This document shows positions 31,605 to 42,303 of a stretch of 64,000 bases of DNA, one piece after another. Below the pieces are notes generated by a model that saw only the letters and a program-made list of their open reading frames with translations, had not been told where the DNA came from and did not search any database. How positions within the stretch are numbered: position 1 is the first letter of the stretch; each line of letters begins with the position of its first letter. The DNA comes from Rhizobiaceae bacterium. Lineage in GTDB: Bacteria; Pseudomonadota; Alphaproteobacteria; Rhizobiales; Rhizobiaceae. Location: the NCBI GenBank assembly GCA_019635715.1, contig JAHBYY010000011.1:6904-70903 (forward strand), in the 5' to 3' direction. A program made the translations under genes and the position numbers.

Positions 31605-32489
31605 TCAAGCGTGTGCCACGACCTGCCCGGCCTCCCAGCCGAGGATGGCCCGCTTGCGGGTCAAGCCCCAGTGATAGCCGGTGAGCGCGCCGGATTTGCC
31701 CAGGGCGCGGTGGCAGGGCACCACGAAGGAGATCGGATTGGCGCCCACCGCCGCGCCGACCGCGCGGCTGGCCGACGGCTTGCCGATGCCGGCGGCGATG
31801 GCCGAGTAGGTGCAGGCGCGGCCCATCGGAATCCGCAGCAGCGCCTCCCAGACGCGCAACTGGAAATCCGTGCCGATCAGCACGACGCGCAGCGGCTCCT
31901 CGGCGCGCCAGCGCGCCGGATCGAAGATGCGTGCCGCATAGGGCGCTGTGTCGGCCAGGCTCTCGACATAGGTCGCGTTGGGCCAGCGGCCGCTCATGTC
32001 CGCGAAGGCGGCGCGTTCGCCGCCCGGATCGTTGAAGGACAGGCCGGCCAGGCCCTTGTCCGTCACCATCACCAGCGCGACGCCGAAGGGCGAGATGTGG
32101 AAGCCGTAGCGGATCACCAGGCCCTCGCCGCGGCTCTTGTATTCGCCCGGCGACATGCCCTCATGCGTCACGAAAAGGTCGTGCAGCCGGCCAGGCCCCG
32201 ACATCCCGACCTCGTAGGCGGCCTCCAGCAGCGGCATGCCGCCGTCGAGCAGACGGCGCGCATGGTCGAGCGTCACCGCCTGGAGGAAGGCTTTCGGCGA
32301 CAGCCCGGCCCAGCGGGTGAACAGCTTCTGCAGGCCGCCGGAGGTCTCGCCGACGTCGGCGGCGAGGTCGTCGAGCGAGGGCTGATCGCGGTAGTCGAGG
32401 CTGATCTTCTCGATGACCCGACGAACGGTCTCGTAGTCGCCGCCGGCGGGCGTGATGTCCTTCTTGAGGATCGCGGTCTGGGCGTTCAT
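31605..32489 (-). CDS. AraC-type HTH / methylated-DNA-[protein]-cysteine S-methyltransferase (Ada/Ogt-like)
   Basis: N-terminal HTH (FTRWAGLSPKAFLQ), GTDFQLRVW, VPCHR active site. Confidence 0.9.
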   Translation of the reverse strand: MNAQTAILKKDITPAGGDYETVRRVIEKISLDYRDQPSLDDLAADVGETSGGLQKLFTRWAGLSPKAFLQAVTLDHARRLLDGGMPLLEAAYEVGMSGPGRLHDLFVTHEGMSPGEYKSRGEGLVIRYGFHISPFGVALVMVTDKGLAGLSFNDPGGERAAFADMSGRWPNATYVESLADTAPYAARIFDPARWRAEEPLRVVLIGTDFQLRVWEALLRIPMGRACTYSAIAAGIGKPSASRAVGAAVGANPISFVVPCHRALGKSGALTGYHWGLTRKRAILGWEAGQVVAHA

Positions 32490-32578
32490 GATGATCTCCT
32501 TCGACGCCCAATATCGTCCCGCGAAGAAGCGGCCGCCACCCGAAACCTGCGCGGTCCGGATGGATCGGCCCCGTTCCC

Positions 32579-33289
32579 TCACGCCTGCGTGGTCAGGAAG
32601 CGCCGCGACGGCAGCGGCGTCGGCTCGAGCAGGATGGTCTCCTCGGCCGCGACCCAGTCGGACTGCGCGGCGACGAAGGCCTGCCAGACCGGGTCGGCGC
32701 GCCGCGCCGCCAGCGCCGCATGCGCCTCGGCCGGCGTCGCAAAAGCCTCGTAGCGGAAGACGCGATGCAGCCGTCCGATCAGCGAGACGAGCTCGACCAT
32801 CAGGTTGGCGGCGATCGGATCGCGTCCGCCGCGATGCGCCTCATAGGCCTTCCAATAGGCGGGCAGACCGCCGGGAAAGAACGAGGTCGTCGTCTCGACG
32901 AGGCAATAGGGATCATCCTTGCCCTTCGGCGCCAGGATCGCGGGGAGCCGCGGGACGCCTTGCCCGGTCCAGCCGGCATGCAGACGGGCAAGCGGCGGCT
33001 CGGCCAGGAAGGCGTTTTCCTGCCGCAGCATCAGCGGGCGGACATAGGCGAAGTAGTCGGGGTTCTGGGCGGCGTAGTAGCGCGCATAGATCGACTGCCA
33101 GTGATCGAGATCGTCGAAGCGGTAAAGATGGACGATCTGGCTCGCCGGCCCTGCCAGCGTCCTGAAATAGCCGATGGTCTGCGCCAGGATCGGGCTGAAC
33201 TTGTCGGGCGTGTTCCAGTCCATCTGGGCCTGCCAGAAGGCATCCACCTTTCCCGGCCGGATCGTGTAGGCGCGTCGCTCGAAGATCAT
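32579..33289 (-). CDS. NIPSNAP family protein (two tandem domains)
   Basis: MIFERRAYTIRPG...IVHLYRFDDL, and a second unit ending AALAARRADPVWQAF...ILLEPTP. Confidence 0.7.
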   Translation of the reverse strand: MIFERRAYTIRPGKVDAFWQAQMDWNTPDKFSPILAQTIGYFRTLAGPASQIVHLYRFDDLDHWQSIYARYYAAQNPDYFAYVRPLMLRQENAFLAEPPLARLHAGWTGQGVPRLPAILAPKGKDDPYCLVETTTSFFPGGLPAYWKAYEAHRGGRDPIAANLMVELVSLIGRLHRVFRYEAFATPAEAHAALAARRADPVWQAFVAAQSDWVAAEETILLEPTPLPSRRFLTTQA

Positions 33290-33422
33290 GCTGCCATCCT
33301 TCGCTGTTCCAGACACCCGCAGCCGGCGACCTGCCGGACCGGGCTTCGATTCATCGAGGCTGCGGGCCGGCGCCCGCCAAATCAAGCGCGGTCATTCTCA
33401 AAACGAAGCGGGGAAGCGACCG

Positions 33423-33917
33423 TCAGCGCGACCGCGCCGTGGCCAGTGCCCGGGAAAACGCGTCGGCGAAGCTTTCGCGATCGTCCGGATTGAGGAAGCT
33501 GCCGATCGGCACCGACTGGCCGCGCGCCTCCACCGCCATCCTCGTAATGCCGATCTCGGCATGACGGGCCACGTCGAACCGCGCCCAGAAGGGGTTGAAG
33601 CGGTGCGCCTCGCTGCGGCCCGACGGCCCGGTCTTGCGGATGTCGAGGGCGGTGCGCGACACCGAGACCTCCTCGCGCATCCGCGCGGCGCGGTAGTTCA
33701 GGCGGAACGCCACATAGACGAGGAGCACGTCGAGGCCGAAGAAGCCGAAGATCGGCCAGGCGCCCTGCGAGAGAAAGATCGCGCCGGTGACCAGCCAGGC
33801 GAACAGCAGCGCTCCCATCAGCACCCTGAAGCCGGTGCGGCCCATCGACCGGTGCGGCGTCAGCAGGGCGCTGAAGAACGGCTCGTCGGCACTGTTCGGG
33901 AGATTTGTCTCGGCCAT
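33423..33917 (-). CDS. DUF2244 membrane protein
   Basis: FSALLTPHRSM, GAWPIFGFFGLD, IGSFLNPDDRESFA; divergent from nth. Confidence 0.82.
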   Translation of the reverse strand: MAETNLPNSADEPFFSALLTPHRSMGRTGFRVLMGALLFAWLVTGAIFLSQGAWPIFGFFGLDVLLVYVAFRLNYRAARMREEVSVSRTALDIRKTGPSGRSEAHRFNPFWARFDVARHAEIGITRMAVEARGQSVPIGSFLNPDDRESFADAFSRALATARSR

Positions 33918-33938
33918 GCGAGGGATTATAGAAGGCCG

Positions 33939-34727
33939 ATGAAAAACCCCAAGACGAAAAGCGTCGCAGCCCCCGCCGTCAGGGACGGAAGCAACGCCAG
34001 GCCGCGGCCCCGGCCGGTGCGGCCCTACGGCTACAGCCGCGCCGAGGTCGACGAGATCTTCCGGCGCTTTTCGATGCAGCGGCCGGAGCCGAAAGGCGAG
34101 CTCGAACACAGCAACGCCTTCACGCTGCTGGTGGCCGTCGTGCTGTCGGCGCAGGCCACCGACGCCGGCGTCAACAAGGCGACGCGCGGCCTGTTCGCGG
34201 CGGCGGACACGCCGGAAAAGATGGCCGCACTCGGCGAGGAGCGGGTCGGGGCGTTCATCCGGACGATCGGCCTGTGGCGCGGCAAGGCGAGGAACGTCAT
34301 CGCGCTCTCGGAGGCGCTGATCCGCGACCATGGCGGCGAGGTGCCGGACAGCCGGGATGAACTGGTCAAGCTGCCCGGCGTAGGACGCAAGACGGCGAAC
34401 GTCGTGCTGAATTCGGTCTTCGGCCAGCCGACGATGGCGGTCGACACCCATATCCTGCGCCTGGGCAACCGCCTGCTGCTGGCGCCCGGCAAGACGCCGG
34501 AACAGGTGGAAGCCGGGCTGGTGCGCATCATTCCACCCCGATACATGCGTCACGCCCATCACTGGCTGATCCTGCACGGCCGCTATGTCTGCAAGGCACG
34601 CAAGCCCGACTGTCCGCGCTGCGTCATCGCCGACCTGTGCAAATCCCCGGAGAAATGGTCGTCGATCCCCGCGCCGCTCGTGCCCATCGCGCCGGAAATC
34701 GACGCCGCATCCAGTCAGGAGCCGTAG
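33939..34727 (+). CDS. nth: Endonuclease III
   Basis: LSAQATD, LPGVGRKTANV, AVDTH, and the C-x6-C-x2-C-x5-C Fe-S motif. Confidence 0.96.
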   Translation: MKNPKTKSVAAPAVRDGSNARPRPRPVRPYGYSRAEVDEIFRRFSMQRPEPKGELEHSNAFTLLVAVVLSAQATDAGVNKATRGLFAAADTPEKMAALGEERVGAFIRTIGLWRGKARNVIALSEALIRDHGGEVPDSRDELVKLPGVGRKTANVVLNSVFGQPTMAVDTHILRLGNRLLLAPGKTPEQVEAGLVRIIPPRYMRHAHHWLILHGRYVCKARKPDCPRCVIADLCKSPEKWSSIPAPLVPIAPEIDAASSQEP

Positions 34728-35161
34728 CCGCGCGCCATGGCGGCGGCGCAGGCAAGGACGACGACGAACAGCGCGGCCTCGGCCTTCAGCCAGCGGCGCA
34801 GGCCCATGATTTCCGCATCGGCGAGCGGATCGCCGGCCGGCTGGCGCCGCCAGCGCAGAATCGTGCGGGTGGGCTTGATCGACAGCAGACCGATCGCGGC
34901 GAAGGCCGCCATCTTGGTCCAGAAGGCGTCGTTGGCGACATAATATTCCCAGCCCTTCAGGCCGAACACCACCCTGCCGATGCCGACCAGCACGATGAGT
35001 GCCGCCGCCGCTCCATAGGCGCCGTCGATACGCGCCAGCCGAGGCAGATCGGCGGCGCGCAGGCCGGGCTTCACCAGCGCCATTTCCATGCACAACAGCC
35101 CGACGAGGCCGAAGGCCAGGACGTGGTGGAGGGTGGCGAGCAGCAGATCGGCAAGTTCCAT
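34715..35161 (-). CDS. DUF2214 family membrane protein
   Basis: RIDGAYG, KGWEYY..N..FWTKM, C-terminal AAAMARGYG. Confidence 0.82.
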   Translation of the reverse strand: MELADLLLATLHHVLAFGLVGLLCMEMALVKPGLRAADLPRLARIDGAYGAAAALIVLVGIGRVVFGLKGWEYYVANDAFWTKMAAFAAIGLLSIKPTRTILRWRRQPAGDPLADAEIMGLRRWLKAEAALFVVVLACAAAMARGYGS

Positions 35162-35179
35162 GGGAAGTTTCCGCAAATT

Positions 35180-35219
35180 TTGACGTCGTCAAGATCTCAA
35201 TCAATCTTGACGATGTCAA
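35180..35219. promoter_or_regulatory. Double palindromic operator TTGAC-N3-GTCAA x2
   Basis: TTGACGTCGTCAA (35180-35192) and TTGACGATGTCAA (35207-35219) just upstream of the DUF2214 start. Confidence 0.6.
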
Positions 35220-35330
35220 GACGTTTCCGCTCCCTCGACTGGCAGGACGGATGCGGCGCAGGTGGACCGTGCCGCAAGGCAGGCGCGGCGGTAGAAGCCG
35301 GGCTGTCTTCAACGAAGGGCTCGGCACCCG

Positions 35331-35882
35331 ATGGCCGTTACCGACATCCCCGTCATCGCGGCGGGCCGCGTGATCCTGCGACCGCACCGGCTGGCGGATT
35401 TCGATGCCTATGCCGAGATGTGGGCAGAGCCGTCCGTCACCCGCTTCATCGGTGGCCGGGCGCGCAGCCGCGAGGAAAGCTGGCTGCGCTTCCTGCGCCA
35501 TGCCGGCATGTGGTCGATGCTCGGCTACGGCTACTGGGCGATCGAGGATGCGGAAAGCGGCGCCTTCGCCGGAGAAGGCGGATTCCATGACCTGAAGCGC
35601 GGCATGACGCCCTCCATCGAAGGTCTTCCCGAGGCCGGCTGGGCGCTGCGCGGCACCTGGCAGGGCCGGGGCATCGCCTCCGAGGTCGTCGGCGCCATGG
35701 TCGGCTGGGCGGACCATGCGCTCGACGCGCCGAAAACCGTCTGCATCATCGATCCGCTGAACGTCGCCTCGATCCGCGTCGCCGAACGCAACGGCTATGC
35801 CAAGGTCGGGGAGGCAATTTACGGAGACGATCGCCCCGGGCTGTATGAGCGGCCGCGGGGCGTGCGCGCATCGGTCCCCTGA
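35331..35882 (+). CDS. GNAT N-acetyltransferase (RimJ/RimL type)
   Basis: RVILRP, PEAGW, WQGRGIASE, NVASIRVAERNG motifs. Confidence 0.88.
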   Translation: MAVTDIPVIAAGRVILRPHRLADFDAYAEMWAEPSVTRFIGGRARSREESWLRFLRHAGMWSMLGYGYWAIEDAESGAFAGEGGFHDLKRGMTPSIEGLPEAGWALRGTWQGRGIASEVVGAMVGWADHALDAPKTVCIIDPLNVASIRVAERNGYAKVGEAIYGDDRPGLYERPRGVRASVP

Positions 35883-35925
35883 CCACGGCGGGTTGCGGCA
35901 GGGCATTTACCTATAGGAACCGCCG

Positions 35926-36042
35926 CCTCATCCGGGCGCTGCGCGACCACCTTCTCCCCGCTGGGAAGACACCGGCGTTTGTGACCTCCTCTCCCCCGCG
36001 GGAGAGAGGGCGACCGAGCGAAGCGAAGGCCGGGTGAGAGGG
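35926..36042. repeat. REP/RIME-like palindromic element
   Basis: CCTCATCCGG...CCTTCTCCCCGCTGGGAAGA and CCTCTCCCCCGCGGGAGAGAGGG...CCGGGTGAGAGGG arms, with the same CTCCCC..GGGAGA core as the elements at 10939 and 16496. Confidence 0.7.
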
Positions 36043-36273
36043 TTGAATCCGCTCTTTGCGATTGCCCTGAGGTTCGGGACACGGGGATAGATTTTTGCAA
36101 AATTCGGGCGAGTCGATGATCGGTCCCTGAGCCCGCGCCCTGGACAGTCAGCCTTTTCAAGGCCTTATTGGGTTCCACGGCTGGCGGCATGCGGCATGAC
36201 GTAAGCATGGATCGTCGCATCCATGACCGTGCGCTCTCCGGAATAGGAATATTGTCCGCGACAAGGAGCGGAC

Positions 36274-37401
36274 ATGGACACTTCCGACAATCTGGGCCTG
36301 CCCTATCTGATGCCCTCCCAGGCACAGAAACACGTGACCCACAATGAGGCGCTCGGGATGCTCGACGCGCTGGTGCACCTGTCGGTCGCCGACCGGGATC
36401 TCGCGGCGCCGCCGCCCTCCCCCGCCGCCGGCGCCCGCTACATCGTCGCGGCCGGGGCGACAGAAACTTGGGCGGGCCACAGCGGCGCGGTCGCCCACTA
36501 TCTCGACGGCGCCTGGAGCTTTCATCCGCCGCAAACCGGCTTTCTCTGCCATGTCGCCGACGAGGGGGCTTTTCTCTACTGGACCGGCGCCGCCTGGGCC
36601 GACGTCTCGGCGGTGATCTCGACGCTGCAGAACATCGCGCGGCTCGGGCTGGGGACGACTGCCGACGCCACCAACCCCTTTTCGGCCAAGCTGAACAAGG
36701 CGCTGTGGACGGCAAAGACCGCCGCCGAGGGCGGCGACGGCGACCTGCGCTACACGATGAACAAGGAGACGGCATCCGACGTGCTGTCGATCCTGCTGCA
36801 GACCGGCTTCTCGGGCCGCGCCGAACTCGGCCTGATCGGCAACGACAATCTCGCCCTGAAGGTGTCGCCGGACGGCAGCGCCTGGACGACCGCCGTCACG
36901 GTCGACAGGACGACAGGGCTGGTCAGTCTCGGTCTCGGACCTTCCGTGCCGGCGTGGCGGGTGATCGCCAGCGATGCCACCGGCTGGACGCACACGGGCA
37001 ACACCGCCGAGACCACGATGGTCACGCTGACCGGCATCGTGCCGGCCAACGGTCCCAACGGCGTGCTGCGCATCACCACGCTGTGGTCGTGCGGCGTCAA
37101 CGATGCCAGCGTCAAGTCGGGGCGCGTCCGCATCAACGGGACGGAGGTCGACCGCACCGCGCTGGCCAGCAATCGCTCGCACAGCAAGCAGATCAACATG
37201 CGCAACCGCGGCGCGACCAATGCACAGGTGGCCCAGGGACCGACCTCGCAGAGCACCTACAATGTCAGCACCATCGCGCCGTCGACCTACAGCTTCGACA
37301 TGACCAGCGCGCTGACGATCACCTTCACCGTCCAGAACGCCGCGAACGGCGACAGCACGAAGCTCGAATACTACCTGATCGAGGCCCTCTACGGCGCGTG
37401 A
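36274..37401 (+). CDS. DUF2793-domain protein (GTA/phage tail-fibre-like) with beta-rich C-terminal domain
   Basis: LGLPYLMPSQAQKHVTHNEAL...LDALV N-terminus, FSGRAELGLIGNDNLALKVSPDGSAW segment, Thr/Ser/Asn-rich C-terminus. Confidence 0.8.
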   Translation: MDTSDNLGLPYLMPSQAQKHVTHNEALGMLDALVHLSVADRDLAAPPPSPAAGARYIVAAGATETWAGHSGAVAHYLDGAWSFHPPQTGFLCHVADEGAFLYWTGAAWADVSAVISTLQNIARLGLGTTADATNPFSAKLNKALWTAKTAAEGGDGDLRYTMNKETASDVLSILLQTGFSGRAELGLIGNDNLALKVSPDGSAWTTAVTVDRTTGLVSLGLGPSVPAWRVIASDATGWTHTGNTAETTMVTLTGIVPANGPNGVLRITTLWSCGVNDASVKSGRVRINGTEVDRTALASNRSHSKQINMRNRGATNAQVAQGPTSQSTYNVSTIAPSTYSFDMTSALTITFTVQNAANGDSTKLEYYLIEALYGA

Positions 37402-37404
37402 GGA

Positions 37405-38022
37405 TCAGCTATGGGCGAAGATGTCCTCTTCGTCCCAGCCCATCAGGTCGAGCTTGGCGCGCGTCGGCAGGAAGCGGAAGCAGGCTTCCGCCTCGCGGGC
37501 GCGGCCGTCGCGCCGCAGCCGCGCCGCCAGCACGTCGCGCAGGCGATGCAGGTAGAGGACGTCGGAGGCGGCATAGTCGAGCTGTTCCGGCGACAGCGTC
37601 TCGGCGCCCCAGTCGGACGATTGCTGCTGCTTCGACAGGCCGACCCCGAGAAGCTCCGAGCAGATGTCCTTGAGGCCGTGGCGGTCCGTGTAGGTGCGCA
37701 CCAGCCGCGAGGCGATCTTGGTGCAGAAGACCGGCTCAGGCATGACGCCGAAGGCGTGGTAGAGAACGGCCAGATCGAAACGCCCGAAATGGAAGAGTTT
37801 TGTCACCTTGCGGTCGCGCAGCAGGGAAACGAGGTTCGGCGCCTTGCGCTGACCCGGGGCGATCTGGATGACGTCGGCCGTTCCGTCGCCCGGCGAGATC
37901 TGCACCACGCAGAGCCGGTCGCGGTGCGGATTGAGGCCGAGCGTCTCGGTATCGATGGCGACGGCGTCGACGGCGTAGCGGTCGAGATCGGGAAGGTCTT
38001 GGCTGTGGAAGCGAACGGTCAT
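37405..38022 (-). CDS. rnd: Ribonuclease D family 3'-5' exonuclease
   Basis: AIDTET, RDRLCVVQ, FHFGRFD, QQSSDW, YAASDV DEDDy motifs. Confidence 0.88.
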   Translation of the reverse strand: MTVRFHSQDLPDLDRYAVDAVAIDTETLGLNPHRDRLCVVQISPGDGTADVIQIAPGQRKAPNLVSLLRDRKVTKLFHFGRFDLAVLYHAFGVMPEPVFCTKIASRLVRTYTDRHGLKDICSELLGVGLSKQQQSSDWGAETLSPEQLDYAASDVLYLHRLRDVLAARLRRDGRAREAEACFRFLPTRAKLDLMGWDEEDIFAHS

Positions 38023-38194
38023 GCTGGACTCCGGATCGGCAAACCCTTCCCTCGCCGCGAACGGCCGGAAAATCAACCGGGATCGTGCCTCGCCAGGCCG
38101 CTGTGGCCGGAAATGACCAACGTCGCCTGACGCGGGGCGGCGCAGAGCGGCGCTCCTTGCGCGAAAATCGCGCGGCCCGGGGGCAGGCGCGCCG

Positions 38195-40027
<1,833 letters not shown>

Positions 40028-40112
40028 GGCGGCGGTCTCGATGAGCGCGCCGCATAGCACGGCCGGCGGCGGGGCACCAACCTTTCGGAGGCGATGGAGC
40101 CCGGGCGGCGGG

Positions 40113-40865
40113 TCACGATTTGCCGGCTGCGCCATCGCGCAGCAAGGCGAGACGCGTCTCGCGGTCGAGCAGGTCGAGCTGCGACGTGTCGCGCAGCCGG
40201 TCCAGCCGGTAGCGCAGCGTCGACACATGGATGCCGAGCGCGTCGGCGGTGCGCTGGAATCGCCCCTCGTGGAATGCGAAGGCCCGCGCGGTCTCGATCA
40301 GCTCGACGCGTTTCTCGCGCGCCAGCTTCGAAACGGCGGGGTGGACCTCGTCGCGGGGCGGCTCGGACAGCGCGGCGTCGACGCCGCTCAGCGCCAGCGC
40401 GAAGATCGCGACCACGAGTTGCAGCCAGGGCAGGGCCGCCTGCTCCCTGGAGAGGATGCTTTCCGAATGGCAGCTAACGACCAGGCCGGACCTGTCCTGC
40501 GCACGCACAAGCAGCAGCGCCACCGAGCGGTAGCCCTGCAGGCCGGCGTCCAGGCGGTAGAGCGGGAAGGCGGCGCTTTCCCGCATGTCGGGGATGAACT
40601 GCGGGACGCGGGTCCGGAGAAGTTCGCGCGCCGGGCTGATGCCGAGCGGCCAGCTCGTCCGCAGCCCGTCGAACAGCGGGCTCACCGGGCCGTGACGGGC
40701 CAGCAGCCTGACCGTTCCCGTCGAGCCGTCGACCTCGAGCAGACCGGTGTTCTGCCATTGCGGGCAGATCCGCGTCGCGCCCGCCAGCACCTCCCGGGCA
40801 ATGGCTTCGCCGTCGCGGCACTCGGCCAGCCGTCGCGCCAGCTCGTCGACCGCTTGCGGAGTCAT
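40113..40865 (-). CDS. PucR/CdaR-family regulator (GAF-like N-terminus, C-terminal HTH)
   Basis: LIETARAF...TADALGIHVSTLRYRLDRL PucR HTH; GYRSVALL GAF-like segment. Confidence 0.8.
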   Translation of the reverse strand: MTPQAVDELARRLAECRDGEAIAREVLAGATRICPQWQNTGLLEVDGSTGTVRLLARHGPVSPLFDGLRTSWPLGISPARELLRTRVPQFIPDMRESAAFPLYRLDAGLQGYRSVALLLVRAQDRSGLVVSCHSESILSREQAALPWLQLVVAIFALALSGVDAALSEPPRDEVHPAVSKLAREKRVELIETARAFAFHEGRFQRTADALGIHVSTLRYRLDRLRDTSQLDLLDRETRLALLRDGAAGKS

Positions 40866-40872
40866 CGGTCCA

Positions 40873-40923
40873 TCCTATGATTCATAGGACAATCATAGCC
40901 TCGATGTCCTACCGATTGAAGGA
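40873..40923. promoter_or_regulatory. Two 17-bp TCCTA-N7-(T/A)AGGA boxes in a divergent promoter
   Basis: TCCTATGATTCATAGGA (40873-40889, perfect inverted repeat) and TCCTACCGATTGAAGGA (40907-40923). Confidence 0.6.
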
Positions 40924-40983
40924 TGCCGATCCGCGGCCGCCGGGGCAGGATGGCGCCGAAGCGCTCAAACATACGGATTTTCC

Positions 40984-42303
40984 ATGCCAGGCCAGATGCA
41001 CCTCGCCGCCTACCTGAAGACCGGCCCGACCGCGCTGCATGCCGGAGGCTGGCGCCATCCCGAGGCGACGCTGGCCGACATCTTCGAGCCGCAGCGCTAC
41101 GAACACATTGCGCGCGTGCTGGAGGATGCCTGCTTCGACGCCTGCTTCTTCGCCGACCTGTTCGGCCTCTACGACATCCACAAGGGCGGGTTCGACACCT
41201 ATGTCGAACGGGGTGGACAGATCTCCTTCCTCGACCCGATGACGGTGCTGCCGGTGATGGCGCGCGCCACCAGCCGGCTCGGCCTCGGCGCGACGCTGTC
41301 GACGACGCTGTTCCATCCCTACCATCTGGCACGGTCGCTGCTGTCGCTCGACGTGTTCTCGAAGGGCCGCGTCGCCTGGAACATCGTGACGTCGGCGACG
41401 GACCTCGAAGCCAAGAACTTCGGGCTCGACGCGCTGCCGGACAAGGACGCGCGCTACGACCGCGCCGACGAAGTCGTCGAAGCCTGCCTCGATCTGTGGC
41501 GGAGCTGGGACACCGACGCATTCCGCCACGACAAGGCAGCGGGCATCTTCGCCGATCCGTCGAAGGTGCATTATTCCGACTATGCCGGCCGCTTCGTCAG
41601 GACGCGCGGCCCGCTCTCCATCCCGCAGAGCGCCCAGAACCACCCGGTGCTGATGCAGGCGGGGTCCTCGGCGCGCGGCATGCAGTTCGCGGCCCGCTGG
41701 GCCGAGGTGGTCTTCGCGGCGCAGAAGGGCAAGGCCGAGATGCAGGCCTTCTACGCCGATCTGAAGGGACAGCTCGACGCCTACGGCCGCAGGCCGGAGG
41801 ATTGCGCGATCCTGGTGCAGACAACCTGCATCGTCGGCGAAACCGATGCGATCGCCGCCGAAAAGGCCGCCTTCCTCAACGAACTGGCCGACGAGGAGCT
41901 GCGGCTCGCCACGACCTCCAGCTCGGTCGGGGTGGACATGAGCCGCTACAAGGAGGGGCAGTCGTTGAAAGATCTCGCCGGCAGCCAGGGCATGCAGGGT
42001 TCGGTCGATCTGCTCGAACAGGTGCGCAAGGATGGACGGCTGTCGGTCTCGGAAGCGGCGCGCAAGCCGCTGCCGAACCAACTGGTCGGCTCGCCGACGA
42101 CGATCGCGGATCTGCTGGAGGACCTTTTCGTGTCGCGGGCCTGCGACGGCTTCGTGCTGACCCCCGCCACATTCCCGACCAGCCACGAGAGCTTTGCCCG
42201 GGCGGTGGTGCCGGAGCTGCAGCGCAGAGGGCTGTTCCGCAAGGCCTATCGGGGGAGCACGCTGCGCCAGCATCTTCGCGACGAAGGCCGCGCACCATGC
42301 TGA
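40984..42303 (+). CDS. NtaA/SnaA/DszA-family FMN-dependent monooxygenase (LLM class)
   Basis: GWRHP, FDACFFAD, GRVAWNIVTS, RYDRADE, QAGSS, VVPELQRRGLFR..Y...TLR motifs. Confidence 0.9.
   Translation: MPGQMHLAAYLKTGPTALHAGGWRHPEATLADIFEPQRYEHIARVLEDACFDACFFADLFGLYDIHKGGFDTYVERGGQISFLDPMTVLPVMARATSRLGLGATLSTTLFHPYHLARSLLSLDVFSKGRVAWNIVTSATDLEAKNFGLDALPDKDARYDRADEVVEACLDLWRSWDTDAFRHDKAAGIFADPSKVHYSDYAGRFVRTRGPLSIPQSAQNHPVLMQAGSSARGMQFAARWAEVVFAAQKGKAEMQAFYADLKGQLDAYGRRPEDCAILVQTTCIVGETDAIAAEKAAFLNELADEELRLATTSSSVGVDMSRYKEGQSLKDLAGSQGMQGSVDLLEQVRKDGRLSVSEAARKPLPNQLVGSPTTIADLLEDLFVSRACDGFVLTPATFPTSHESFARAVVPELQRRGLFRKAYRGSTLRQHLRDEGRAPC

Noticed and set aside
36043-36273. Possible IS remnant or small RNA upstream of the DUF2793 gene (TTTTGCAAAA; CATGGAT-N6-ATCCATG)
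   Set aside because: Only short palindromes; no terminal inverted-repeat pair, target duplication or transposase fragment.
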